Below are positions 32,001-44,000 of a stretch of 64,000 nt of DNA, in pieces. The DNA lies in the NCBI GenBank assembly GCA_026387405.1, contig JAPLLV010000057.1, positions 1,503-65,502 of the forward strand, read 5' to 3'. Every line of letters starts with the position of its first letter. The first letter of the stretch is position 1. This DNA is from Candidatus Omnitrophota bacterium. Its GTDB lineage: Bacteria > Omnitrophota > Gorgyraeia > Gygaellales > Profunditerraquicolaceae. The notes under the pieces are model-generated. The model saw only the letters and a list, made by a program, of their open reading frames with translations. It was not told the DNA's origin and did not search any database. A program made the translations under genes and the position numbers.

Positions 32001-35000
32001 CTGGAGGGATCAGATTTCCTGATAATTCCTATCAGACTAGCGCTACAGCAGGAGGGAGCGTTACTAACATAGCCACTACAGCTCCCATCACCGGCGGCAC
32101 TATCACCAACACCGGCACCATCGGCTTAAGTTATGCCAATGGCCTGAAACTCTCAGGTAACGACCTTGTCCCTGACTATGGCTCAAGCGCAAATACCGTT
32201 GCCCAGGGTAATACTGCCGTCAATGTCAATACTACCGGCAACCTCTCAGGTGGAGCTACCGGCACTGCCGGAGGCGGCCTGAATGTTACCTTAAATACGG
32301 TAAACAATCCCACATTCTCTACTTCTGTTACCACACCCATACTCCAGAATGCCTCTAGCGACTTAACCTTACAGACTACTACTTCTGGGAATATACTCTT
32401 ATCCCCTTCAGGTAATATAGGTATAGGAACTACTTTGCCTCAGGCTAAGCTGGAAATCAAAGCCGCAGGCACCTCAACCGGCTTTGCCTTAAAGGTGCAG
32501 GATTCAACCGGAGCCGATAAGCTTGCCTTCCTTGATAACGGTTCTCTTGGTATAGGCACTACCTCACCCGGTTCCTACAAACTCTATGTGGCAGGGGATG
32601 CCTACTTAGGCGGCCTGACTTTATCCAACGGCAGTATTAACTTCGGCAATGACTTAGATATGCAGAACCATCTGCTCCTAAATATCGGCAATGCCGCAAC
32701 AGACTTTACCACCGGCGGCGGCCTGAACTTAGCCGGCAACCTCGCAGTAAATTCCACCAAGCTCTTTGTAGATGCCACTAACGGCAACGTCGGCATCGGA
32801 ACAACCTCACCAACGGCAGCACTTACCTTTCCAGCAGCATCAACAGGAATTGTGCTCCACAATGCGGCAGACCAAACAACAAATACAGAAACAGGATTTG
32901 CGAGGTGGTCAGGCAATAGCTTTCAAATTGGAACAAATAAAACTGGAACGGGGACGGCTCGCAGTTTAGAGTTCTTTACTGGCGGTGTATCACGATTTAC
33001 TCTCACCGGTGCGGGAGATTATTCTCCAACGTCAGATAATACTTTGTTTATGGGGCTATCCAACAAAAGATTTTATACTGCATATTTTTCAAATTCCATA
33101 AATATCGGCACTGGCACCAGCCCGCAAGTATATCTTGCCGCTTCGGGTAATAGTTGGCTAACAGGCGGCAACGTCGGCATCGGGACGACAGGGCCGATAT
33201 ATAAGATAGATATGTTGTTTTCAAATAATCTTGCCGTTGGTGATGGGATTAGAATCGTAAACTCAAACACAGGAAATTTAGCGGCTGCTATGATTAGAGT
33301 GGAAAACAATACTGGTTCTGACGGTAGGCTTTTCAAACTCGGTTCTGGTTATAGTGCGTATAAGACAATCGTGGGAAATGATTTGGGTTTTTACAACTAT
33401 ACTTCTGGCAACATATCTATTTTGAATGATGTCGCCACTGGCAAAATACTTTTTGCCGCAGGTGCGGCTAATACGGCACAAATGTTAATCGATACGAACG
33501 GCAACGTCGGCATCGGCACAACTGCTCCATTAGGCCTGCTGCAGGTAGGTACTTCGCCTAATGCGCCTTTGGTGGTCTTGGCAAGCGGCAACGTCGGCAT
33601 CGGGACTACGAGTCCTGGGGCAAAACTAGATATTGGCACAGGAACAAGTGCCGATATTATATTTGGGGCTAATACGACCTACACTACTTACAACATTATT
33701 TCTACCAACGGAGTTATGACAGATGCAGGCTTTCAAGGTTTTGGCGGAGGCGGAAGTGCAGAATTTTATATGCAAGCTCCAGCTACTGGAGGATTACACT
33801 TTAGAACAAATGGGAATAGTGAAAAAGTAACAATATTAAGCGGCGGCAACGTGGGCATCGGGACGGCGGCACCTTTAGGTCTCCTGCAGGTAGGCACTTC
33901 TCCTAATGCTCCTCTGGTAGTCCTGGCTAACGGTAACGTAGGAGTAGGTACTACTTCTCCTGCTCAAACCTTAGATGTTACCGGCACCGCCCGCATCACC
34001 GGCAATGTCGGTATAGGCACTACAGCCTCTTCCACCTACGGCCTCTATGTGGTGGGCAATGCCTACTTAGGCGGCCTCACCCTTGCCAACGGCGGTATTA
34101 ACTTCGGCAATGACTTAGATATGCAGAACCATATGATCCTGAATATCGGCGATGCCGCAACAGACTTTACCACCGGAGGCGGCCTGAACTTAGTCGGTAA
34201 CCTCGCAGTAAATGCCACTAAGCTCTTTGTAGATGCCACTAACGGCAACGTAGGCATAGGCACTTCCACTCCAGGCACAGCAGCCTTAGCAATAATGAAT
34301 GGCAACGTCGGCATCGGGACGACGAGTCCGGGGAGTATTTTCTATGTTAATGGCTCAAGTGGCGCACCGTCAACCCTTAATTCTTTGATGACTCTAAGGG
34401 ATAATAATACAAATATAGGTTTTCAAATGGGTGCTACAACGGGTTATGGATGGATACGTTCGGCAGATATTTTAAGCACAGCATATAGTGGAATTAAGGT
34501 AGGCAATGGTTATGTTTCCGTAATGGATGGGTCAACGAATGACAAAGTCTATGTAAATACAACAACTGGCAACGTGGGCATCGGCACGACGAACCCGGGG
34601 GCAAAGTTTCAAATTTCTGGAACAGGTGTATATGATGCAAGTGGTGCTGCAAGATTTGATTTGCTCAATACAACTTACGGGACATCTTGGTTTACTCACG
34701 TTGGAGATACTGGAAATTGGCAAGTTGCGAATGGGGCGGCAACAAAATTACGTATATCTCCGACTACGAATGGGAATATGGATTTTTTTAATGGAACGGG
34801 TAATGTCATTGTCAATGGCACAGGCAACGTCGGCATCGGCACGACCAGCCCTGTCTACAAATTAGACGTCAACGGCACCCTTAATGCCACTGCTATAACT
34901 CAAGGGGGGGTTGGGCTTATAGATGGGGCAGGGACAGCAAACTACCTGCCGAAATGGAGTGACAGTAATACCCTGACAGGGACCAGCCTTGTTTATGACA

Positions 35001-38000
35001 ACGGCACCAACGTCGGCATCGGGACGACGAGTCCGGTTCAGGCTTTACAGGTTGCGAATGATTTTGCTATTGATACGGTTAATCATCGCGTGGGTTTGGG
35101 ATTAACTAATCCAGCTTATCAATTTACCATTGGCAGTAACTTGAGTAATGAAGCGACAAGGGGAATTACTGTCTTGCAGGGTTCTGACTCTGCAAGTGCG
35201 GCTAATTTGAATTTCAGAAAATCCAGAGGGACATTTGCTTCTCCAGAGACAGTTTCGAATCATGACTATCTAAACCTTACAACTTTTTATGCTTATACCA
35301 ACCAATGGCAATCGCCAGCCGCCTTTGGTACTTTTGTTGATGGTACAGTAAGCTCGGGAGTGAATCCTGTCAGCATGTTATTTTCGACGGGTTCAGCTAA
35401 TGAAGCATATAATCCTTTTACGAATAATTCAGTAAGAATGTATTTAAAGCCCGATGGCTCTGTTGGTTTGGGTGGTTCAATGGGCACAATGGGAAGTTTT
35501 GCAGGATCAAAAATGGTTATAGATACTGCCGGCAACGTCGGCATCGGCACGACAAACCCAACGAGTCTTTTATATGTAGCAGGCGACGCTAATATCACCG
35601 GCACGTTCAACGCGGGGATATTTTCGCCATTTACGCTCTCGGTTCCAGGGGCAGCGTACCTGGCTTATAGCTCCGGCAACGTCGGCATCGGAACGACGAA
35701 TCCGGGGACGAAACTTACCGTTTCAGGTTCAGGATTTAACGGCGGCTACGGCACATTTATTTCAACCGATAGCGGCAACGGGGTTTTGGTTCAAGGAGTA
35801 GATGGTGCGGGAATAAACGATACTGCGTACTATGCTTTTTCTGACGGTAATTCGGCGCATAACGCTTTCATTGGATTGGTTGGTACGGCTGGTAAAGGAA
35901 GCGGGAATGTTGGTGATTTGCGGTTTGCGGCAGGCAATAATACCGAGAGAATGAGAATATCTACCGGCGGCAACGTCGGCATCGGGACGGTGAGTCCCGC
36001 ATATAGGCTGAATGTTGCAGATGTTGCCGAGAATACATTTGGCCGGGACATCGTCATACGCAACGGCGATGAGACCAATTACTGGCGTTTGAGCCAAGGT
36101 ATCAATACATCAGGATCGGCTTCTGCAGGCGTTCCGAATAGCAGTAGTTACCTGCTGTGGGAGCAGGGGGGTGGTTATGGCCAAAGCGGAGGACTTGCCG
36201 TAGGTACGAACAATGCATATGCCGGACCACTCATGCTTGTTTCGGGCGGGTCTGAAGCGGTAAGAGTATTGAACAACGGCAACGTCGGCATCGGCACGAC
36301 GAGTCCGAACGCGCCACTTTCAATTGTTAATGCCGTTGGAAGAAGATTCATACTAAATGACTCTGCTACCAGTTATGCCATGGGATTAGGGATAAACCTT
36401 GGACAGGCAGCAAATTCTATGGGTGCATTTATAGGATATGGGGATGGTACTGCCGGGTCATCTAATTTTGAGATTGTTTCAGCAGACCAGGCGTGGCCAT
36501 ATACTTCTTACACAACTCGATTTGTCGTTCAGCGCGGCGGAAATGTCGGCATCGGGACTACGGGGCCGGGGGCTAAACTTGAAGTTGCGGGAACCGGCGT
36601 GGGATCTGGCTGGGGGACCAACTTATCTACTGCTCTAGTTGTTGACGGCGGGGGTTTGGGTACTACGGCAGGAAGTTATGTCTATCCTGCCGAAATCCAA
36701 AATACCGCGGGCAACCGGTTGCGGCTCCAATTTGCTCCATACCGCAGAGTAGCAGGCGCGTCTTGGCAAGGTTCTGCATACCGGATGCAATACGCGGTAG
36801 ATAATTCGTTTACTGACGGAGGCAAGGCATACATTGAACTTGGAGGCGACGATTCTACGTCTTCAGGCGGCGGCTTCGTCTCTCTCGGCACCAACGGTAC
36901 GGACCGTTTGTCCATTCTGGACAACGGCGCCGTCGGCATCGGCATAATCACTCCGTATAGTTCACTGCATATTTCGAACACGAACCCGTCAAATGCTATT
37001 TTGACTCTGGGAGGAGGTTTTGCCGGCACGGTTGATACCGGAGGTCAGATAGTATTCAGGACTGATTTCGGCTCAACCGATACTGTCGGCGGAGCCTCGA
37101 TCAGAGGTTTGAACCAATGGGGCGGTGAGAGCAGCGGACAAGCTATGGATCTCGCCTTTTATACGAATCAGAGGACCGGAGCCAACGCATACACAGGATT
37201 AACCGAACGGATGAAGATCACTCAGGCAGGCTACGTCGGCATCGGGACGACCGCACCCCAAGGCAGGTTAGATGTGTCTGGTATTACGGATGCAGGTTCG
37301 GTCTATTTCCGCAGTACGGGGCGGCCTTTCCTGGATATAAAAGGTGGGGCGAACAGCTATAGTACTCTTAGATTCTCTGATGGTTCTGATGGGACATATC
37401 GCTGGGACATAAATGTTAATCCTGGCAATGATGCTCAACCGAATGCCCTTGGCTTTTGGAGTACGACGCTTAGCGCGCCGGCACTCACGATTCTGCAGAG
37501 TGGCTACGTCGGCATCGGGACGACAAGCCCAACGAGCCTTTTAGATGTAGCAGGCAATCTTAACGTCACCGGCACGTTCAGTATGGGGGCATTCTCGCCA
37601 TCTACGCTCTCGGTTCCAGGGGCAGCGTACCTGGCTTATAGTTCCGGCAACGTCGGCATCGGGTTAACAAATCCTGGAGCAAAATTGGATATCCAAACAT
37701 CAGTGTTAACTGCCCCAGTACTTCGAGTTATGAATTATGGTAATACTGGTAATTCTAACTTTACAATGACTATTCACACCGATCAACCCGCTAATGTAGG
37801 AGGTGCCTATCCGCAATATACCGGGGCTGCTTTGAAAGTGACTGCGTTTCCAAACGCTTCCGCAGATAATGCCGGGTATGTTTTGAAGGTTGGGAGTGAT
37901 GATTCTTCGGGTTCTAGTTTTTCTCCGTATTTGGTTGTAAAGGCAGCTAACGGCAACGTCGGCATCGGGACGGCGAGCCCGGATGCAAAATTAACAATCA

Positions 38001-41000
38001 ATTCTAATACGGTCGCTTCTCCAGGTATTTTATCTAGTGGTACCGTTAGCCACATTGTCGGAGCAGACGCCGCAGTTAGTCGGATGCTTATTGATGTGTT
38101 TGCTAATACCGCATCTGTTACATTGCGCAAGGCAGACGGGACTGCCGCTAGCCCAACCGCGTTGGCAGCTAATGACCTCATAGGGCAATTTGCTTTTCAG
38201 GGATATGGCACAACTGCTTATTCTACGGCAGCCAAGGCGGCAATGAACGGCTTTGCATCCGAAAATTGGACTGATACAGCACAAGGAACTTATTTAACAT
38301 TTAATACTACACTAAACGGGGCAGCGGGGGCTTCCGAGAGAGTAAGGATAGATAATGCCGGCAACGTCGGCATCGGGACGACAAGTCCAGGATATCCGCT
38401 TCAAGTCGGTAACTATGCATATTTAACAAACGATGGTACTAACGAGTTTGCTATTTTAGGGGCAAAGACAGCAAGTGGTGGTTTAGAACGATTGTTCTTA
38501 GATGCAAATTGGGTTCGTATCGGGACAAATTATTCAAGCCCCGATATAGAGATAAAATCAGGCTACGTCGGTATCGGGACGACGAGCCCGGGATATCTTC
38601 TTGAACTTTACAATGCAGCTAATCCTATCATAAATCTAAAAACGGCCAATTATAGCACTGGTTTTTCTCAATATGAAGGAAGCTGGTACGGTGTTTCAAA
38701 TCCAACGATCATTCAACCGTTGGCTCCAGCGACCTCGCACGATGTTGTAATCACGGGAGTTCAAAATGGCCCGTTATCAGGGATTGTAATTAAATCGACC
38801 GGCAACGTGGGCATCGGGACGACGAGTCCCCAAACCAGCCTTGAGATTGGCTATAAAACACAACGCTATTTGATGTTCTCCGATTCAAGGCTGGCGCATG
38901 GCGTCACCAATTTCGTTCCGACCAATGTCTTTGGTTCATTTGAGCAGTACACCTCCGACGGCCTCGGCGGGTTCATCTTCCGCGGCGTGACCGGCGACGT
39001 TGACCGAACGGCGCTCTATTTCGTCGGCGTCAGCGGCAACGCGGCTCCCACCAACGCTCCGATTGTCTTCCGCGGGGCAAAAAAGAGCGGGGCCGGATAC
39101 ACCGACATGGCGAACAATGAACCGGTGATCCAGTTCCAGTCCGGTTCCACGCCGTTGAACATTATGACGTTCATGGGGAGCGGCAACGTCGGCATCGGGA
39201 CGACGGGTCCTCTGCAGATGTTACAAGTAGGGCAGTTAAGCGGTTCGGCGGTCAGCGATGGACAGTTAGTATTGGCAAAATCCAACGGCGGTCCTAATCG
39301 CGCTTTCAAGATCGGCCTAGACAGCAATTATGCGCTTTCCATCGGTGATTACGGATACCATGCAGGTATTGCATATACTCCGTATTTGACCATGTCCTAT
39401 GCGACCGGCAACGTCGGCATCGGGACGACGGACCCGCAGTATAAATTAGACGTTAATGGAACCGCCAGAATTAGCGGCGTGACTCTGCTATCAGGCGGTT
39501 TATCAGACCTTTCCACCTTGACTGTGACAGGAAATACGAACCTTGCGACAACTTCCGGCAACGTCGGCATCGGGACGACGGCACCCGGAACAAAACTTCA
39601 GGTATCCGGGGATGGAAATGCTAATACATATAGAGGGGTTATAAGAATAGATGATACGGGTACTTCAAAATGGGGAGGAATCGCATTTCCAGATAGCGTA
39701 GGCGCTGCTGATAGTGCCGCGAATAATTATTATTTTATAGGGCGTGGAGATGCTATAGCTAATAGAACTTTCACTATCCATATACCTACAGCAGCTAATT
39801 ATGGCAGTGGCGGGCAGCCGATTTTTGGAGTCTATTCCACAGGGTCGGACCAATTATTTAGAGTTCAGGCTTCTACGGGCGAAACATATATAAAGGGCAG
39901 CCTTGGCATCGGGACGACGAGCCCCGGCTTTACATTGGATGTCAACGGCACGGTTGCTCGTGTGGGTCCGACTGGCAGCGGAGTTGCCTATACTCAATAT
40001 GGAAATAGTGCGACTGATGCTAATAATTATTTAGTAGGTGACGAAAATGGTGATTTTGAATTCTATCAAGGTAAATATGGAGGAACAGGTAACGATCGTA
40101 TGCGTATCAAAGCTGGCGTCAACGTCGGCATAGGGACTGCGAGCCCAAGTGCTAAATTGCATGTAAAAGGAGATGCATATGTCGGCGTTCCTTATTTAGA
40201 TAGCGATACATCCGATAAGACCTTGACTATCGCGACTATGACTACCGGCAAGCCCTATTTATCATTCCAGCAAGGCGGCAATAGCGGTTCTGAAATTTAC
40301 CACGATAATACGTATTTAAACTTCGGAGAAAATAGCGGAGGTTCCCGTTCTGGTCCTTATATGGTAATTAAAACCGCAGGTGCCGGCCAGGGCAGTGTCG
40401 GCATCGGGACGACGACGCCAGTGGCTCCTCTGCAAGTCGTTGGTCGGGCTACCGCCGATTATCTGGACCAGGGACACAGCGATCTTGGAACGAGCGCTTC
40501 ACAATCGGCGCTTTCAACATGGGTCGCGATGGCAAGCGCGACGGTTTCTTACGGCACGGTGGAGGCGAACACGCGCATATATAAAAATGGCGATCTGGTC
40601 GCGGAAAAAGCAACGGCCGGGGCCGGCACATTCAACGTTGTCGCGGGCGACATCATTACCACCAACAATAAACCGGTGGGTCTTGTAGCAGAAGGCGCGC
40701 AGTACAGTATCGTGCCGCTGACCCTTTCCGGCACGCAGTTCGGTTTCTACAGCAGTCGCGACGACCCGCAGATAGTATACGTGTATGCGCCCTACGGTAC
40801 AGCGTATGTTGAGTTCTATCAGGACGCTTATAAAGGCGGCACACCGGCCGCCACGGCCACTGTGGCGCAAGGCCAGATAGCAACACTGACAGGAACAGCA
40901 ACCGTAGCTGCCCATTACAACCGCGTTTATGCTTCATCGCCTGTTATTATGACCAAAGCAGGCACCGGCGGCGACTACGATATCGTATCGCCGGCAAGCC

Positions 41001-44000
41001 ACGAGTTAATTACAGCCCGAGGTTTTTCGAGCTATAGCGGGATGACGGCGGCTACGACAATGACATTGTCGTCCAGTGGCTTATATCTGCACTCCGACAA
41101 CGGGCTTGTCTTTGGCAATGCTATTGGCGACGGCGCGGGTGGAGATACAGATATGGCATTGCCATGGAAAGCTGCGGGCGATACCTATATTATCCCTCAC
41201 GCGGTGTCCGATTTCGGTCTTATATCCCTTGAACCAACGACTGTGCGCGTGTATTACTTAAGTTCCGGTGTATGGACGCTCTATAACTCATATGACCTTA
41301 CTTCCGCTTCGCGCACTACCCCCGCTTATATCACAGTGGGTACGCAGTCGGGTGCTGACGCATACATCATTGCAAGCGGTCCCGTTCTTGTGGTTGGCGA
41401 CAGGCCGTTTTACATACGCCTTAATGACACTGCTGATGATGAATATGCGGCTTTGGGTTATATGTCAGGTTCTCGCTCTCTATTCGGGGGTGTTGACGAT
41501 TGGAATGCGACAGGCGCCAATATGTATTACAACGGCACAGGCAACGTCGGCATCGGGACGACGAATCCGCAGTATAAATTAGACGTTAATGGAACCGCCA
41601 GAATTAGCGGCGTGACTCTGCTATCAGGCGGTTTATCAGACCTTTCCACCTTGACTGTGACAGGAAATACGTACCTTGCGACAACTTCCGGCAGCGTCGG
41701 CATCGGGACGGCGAGCCCGGGAGGTAAGCTTGAAGTTCAAGGCGGGAGAAGTTTCTTCTCGGCATCTAATGAACAGTATGGGGTAGGTGTGAAATATTCT
41801 TCATCTGGCGGTGCCGTCTACTTCGGCGCTACCAGCAGTTCCGGTACTCCTGACGCTGCAATTTCTAATGCTGGTGGCGGTACACTTATGACTTTACAGA
41901 ATGGCGGCAACGTCGGCATCGGGACGGCGACACCTCTGCAGTCTCTATCTTTGGGTATTTTTGCATCACCGAGCGGTGCTTTATTAGGATATGCCAATTC
42001 CGACCAAGCCGGATTAAGTTATTATTCAGCTCAAAACTTTCCAACTGCTGGACAATATGATCGTGTTCTAGACATCAATGCCGGAGGCGGTAATGCCGGG
42101 AGTCATATCAATTTTTTAACGCAGCCGGTTAATGGTTCTTCGGTCATACGAATGAGTATAGATGACACCGGCAACGTCGGCATCGGGACGACAGCGCCGG
42201 GGGCAAAATTGGATATTGAATCGACTACAGCAGATAATCAGATTTATGTCGGAAGTGTCGCACCGAGCATTAGGCTTTCAAACAATGCGGTATTAGCATC
42301 AAGAACCAATGAAGGCGTCATCGCTCTAACGACGACCGCAAACCAGTATATTCCTGGGAGTGTTGTAGGGGATTTGAATATCTATTCAGCAGCCCCAAAT
42401 TCTGGAACCGTCGGAGGAATTTTATTTGGTACTGGCGCTTCACAAGTGGCACGGATGTATATTAAATCAGACGGCAATGTCGGCATCGGGACAACAGGAC
42501 CAATATTCACACTTCAAACTGCAGGTGCTGCTAATGCGGGCGATGGAACATTTATATTAAATGGGGGGGCACAATCGACAACCTTCTTCGACGCATATGT
42601 CGATGGGACCAGCGCTTATCAGCATACGCCAGGTATGATGGTGCGCAAGGATAGTAGTGGCACGCGCATTGACCAAGCGCCGGCCGCGCTCACGCTATTT
42701 AATAATAACGGTACGAATAATACCTGGGTAAAGTTGGTATTAGCGAACAGGGAAGCTTCAGGGACAGGAAATCCCGTGAGCATTGCAGGCATCGCAGCGC
42801 AAAAGACCTCAGGAGCTGCTGCTGCATGGGCATCGGGTGATCTCGTTCTCTGGGCAAAAAACGTTGGATCGCAGGTTGAAGTTTTGAGGGCAACAAGCGG
42901 CGGCAACGTGGGCATGGGGACGACGGCGCCAGGAGCTAAATTGGAAATAAATCTAGGAGGGATTGATCTCTTGCCGGGCGGGAATCCAGCAACTGCAAAT
43001 ATGGTACGTTTCTTCGGCGGCCAAAGTGGTACGATTTGGGGACAACAATGGGATATGAATATTGCAGGAATAAATGTTAATAATAGTAGATTAACGTTTG
43101 CGGGGGGTAATAATTCAGGTAGTTTGCCACAGGCTAATATTCTAACTCTTGTGAATAATGGCAACGTCGGCATCGGCACCACCGCGCCCAATGACCCTCT
43201 GCATATTTATAAGAGCAGCGGCAATGCATATCTTCGTACTGAAGCAAATAATGGAGCGGGGTCGGTTAGGGCTTATACATTCGGCCCGAATACTACTGAC
43301 TGGAATCTTCACGTCAGGGATGCGACTGGGAATTACGATATCATTACAGCCCTATGGTCAAACGGCAACGTGGGCATCGGGACGACAAACCCGGGAGCAA
43401 AATTGGAGGTCAATGGCACGATCACCGCAACCAGTTTCTCCGGAACCTCATCCAATGTTTCACCATACTATTATGTCACTGCTGGTAATGGATATGGAAT
43501 CGGATATTGGTCTGCTGCTCCATCAACCTATGGGACATTTATGAGTAATTCCGCAACATATCAGTATGGAGATGTAAATGACTACTATATTGCCAATGTG
43601 ATGAGTTCGGGCACAGGCAGGGGTTTTACTTGGTCATATGAGACAACTCCCAGCATGGCGTTAAATGCCAGTAGCGGTAATCTTGCTATTAAAGGCATTT
43701 TTAAAGCTAATGGAACAGGAAATAACTATTTCGCCGGTAACGTCGGCATCGGCACGGCGGCGCCGGGTCAAAAACTCACTATTTATGATACTGCTGTTGC
43801 TGGTGTTGCGCTAAGATTGGGGTATTCGGATACTGCTTATTTCGATTTTGCAAGAAATTATTCTACGGGAACGTTATCAATTCAAGGTAATCAAACTGGT
43901 ACTAACAATATTGTGTTAGCACCAACTAGCGGCAACGTCGGCATGGGGATAGCCGCTCCACTTACGGGAGCAAAGCTTGACGTTAGTAATTTACCCGCGG

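Noticed and set aside
31355-41712. Diversity-generating retroelement (TR/VR pairs)
   Set aside because: No reverse transcriptase is present in the window, and differences between duplicated modules are not confined to adenines.
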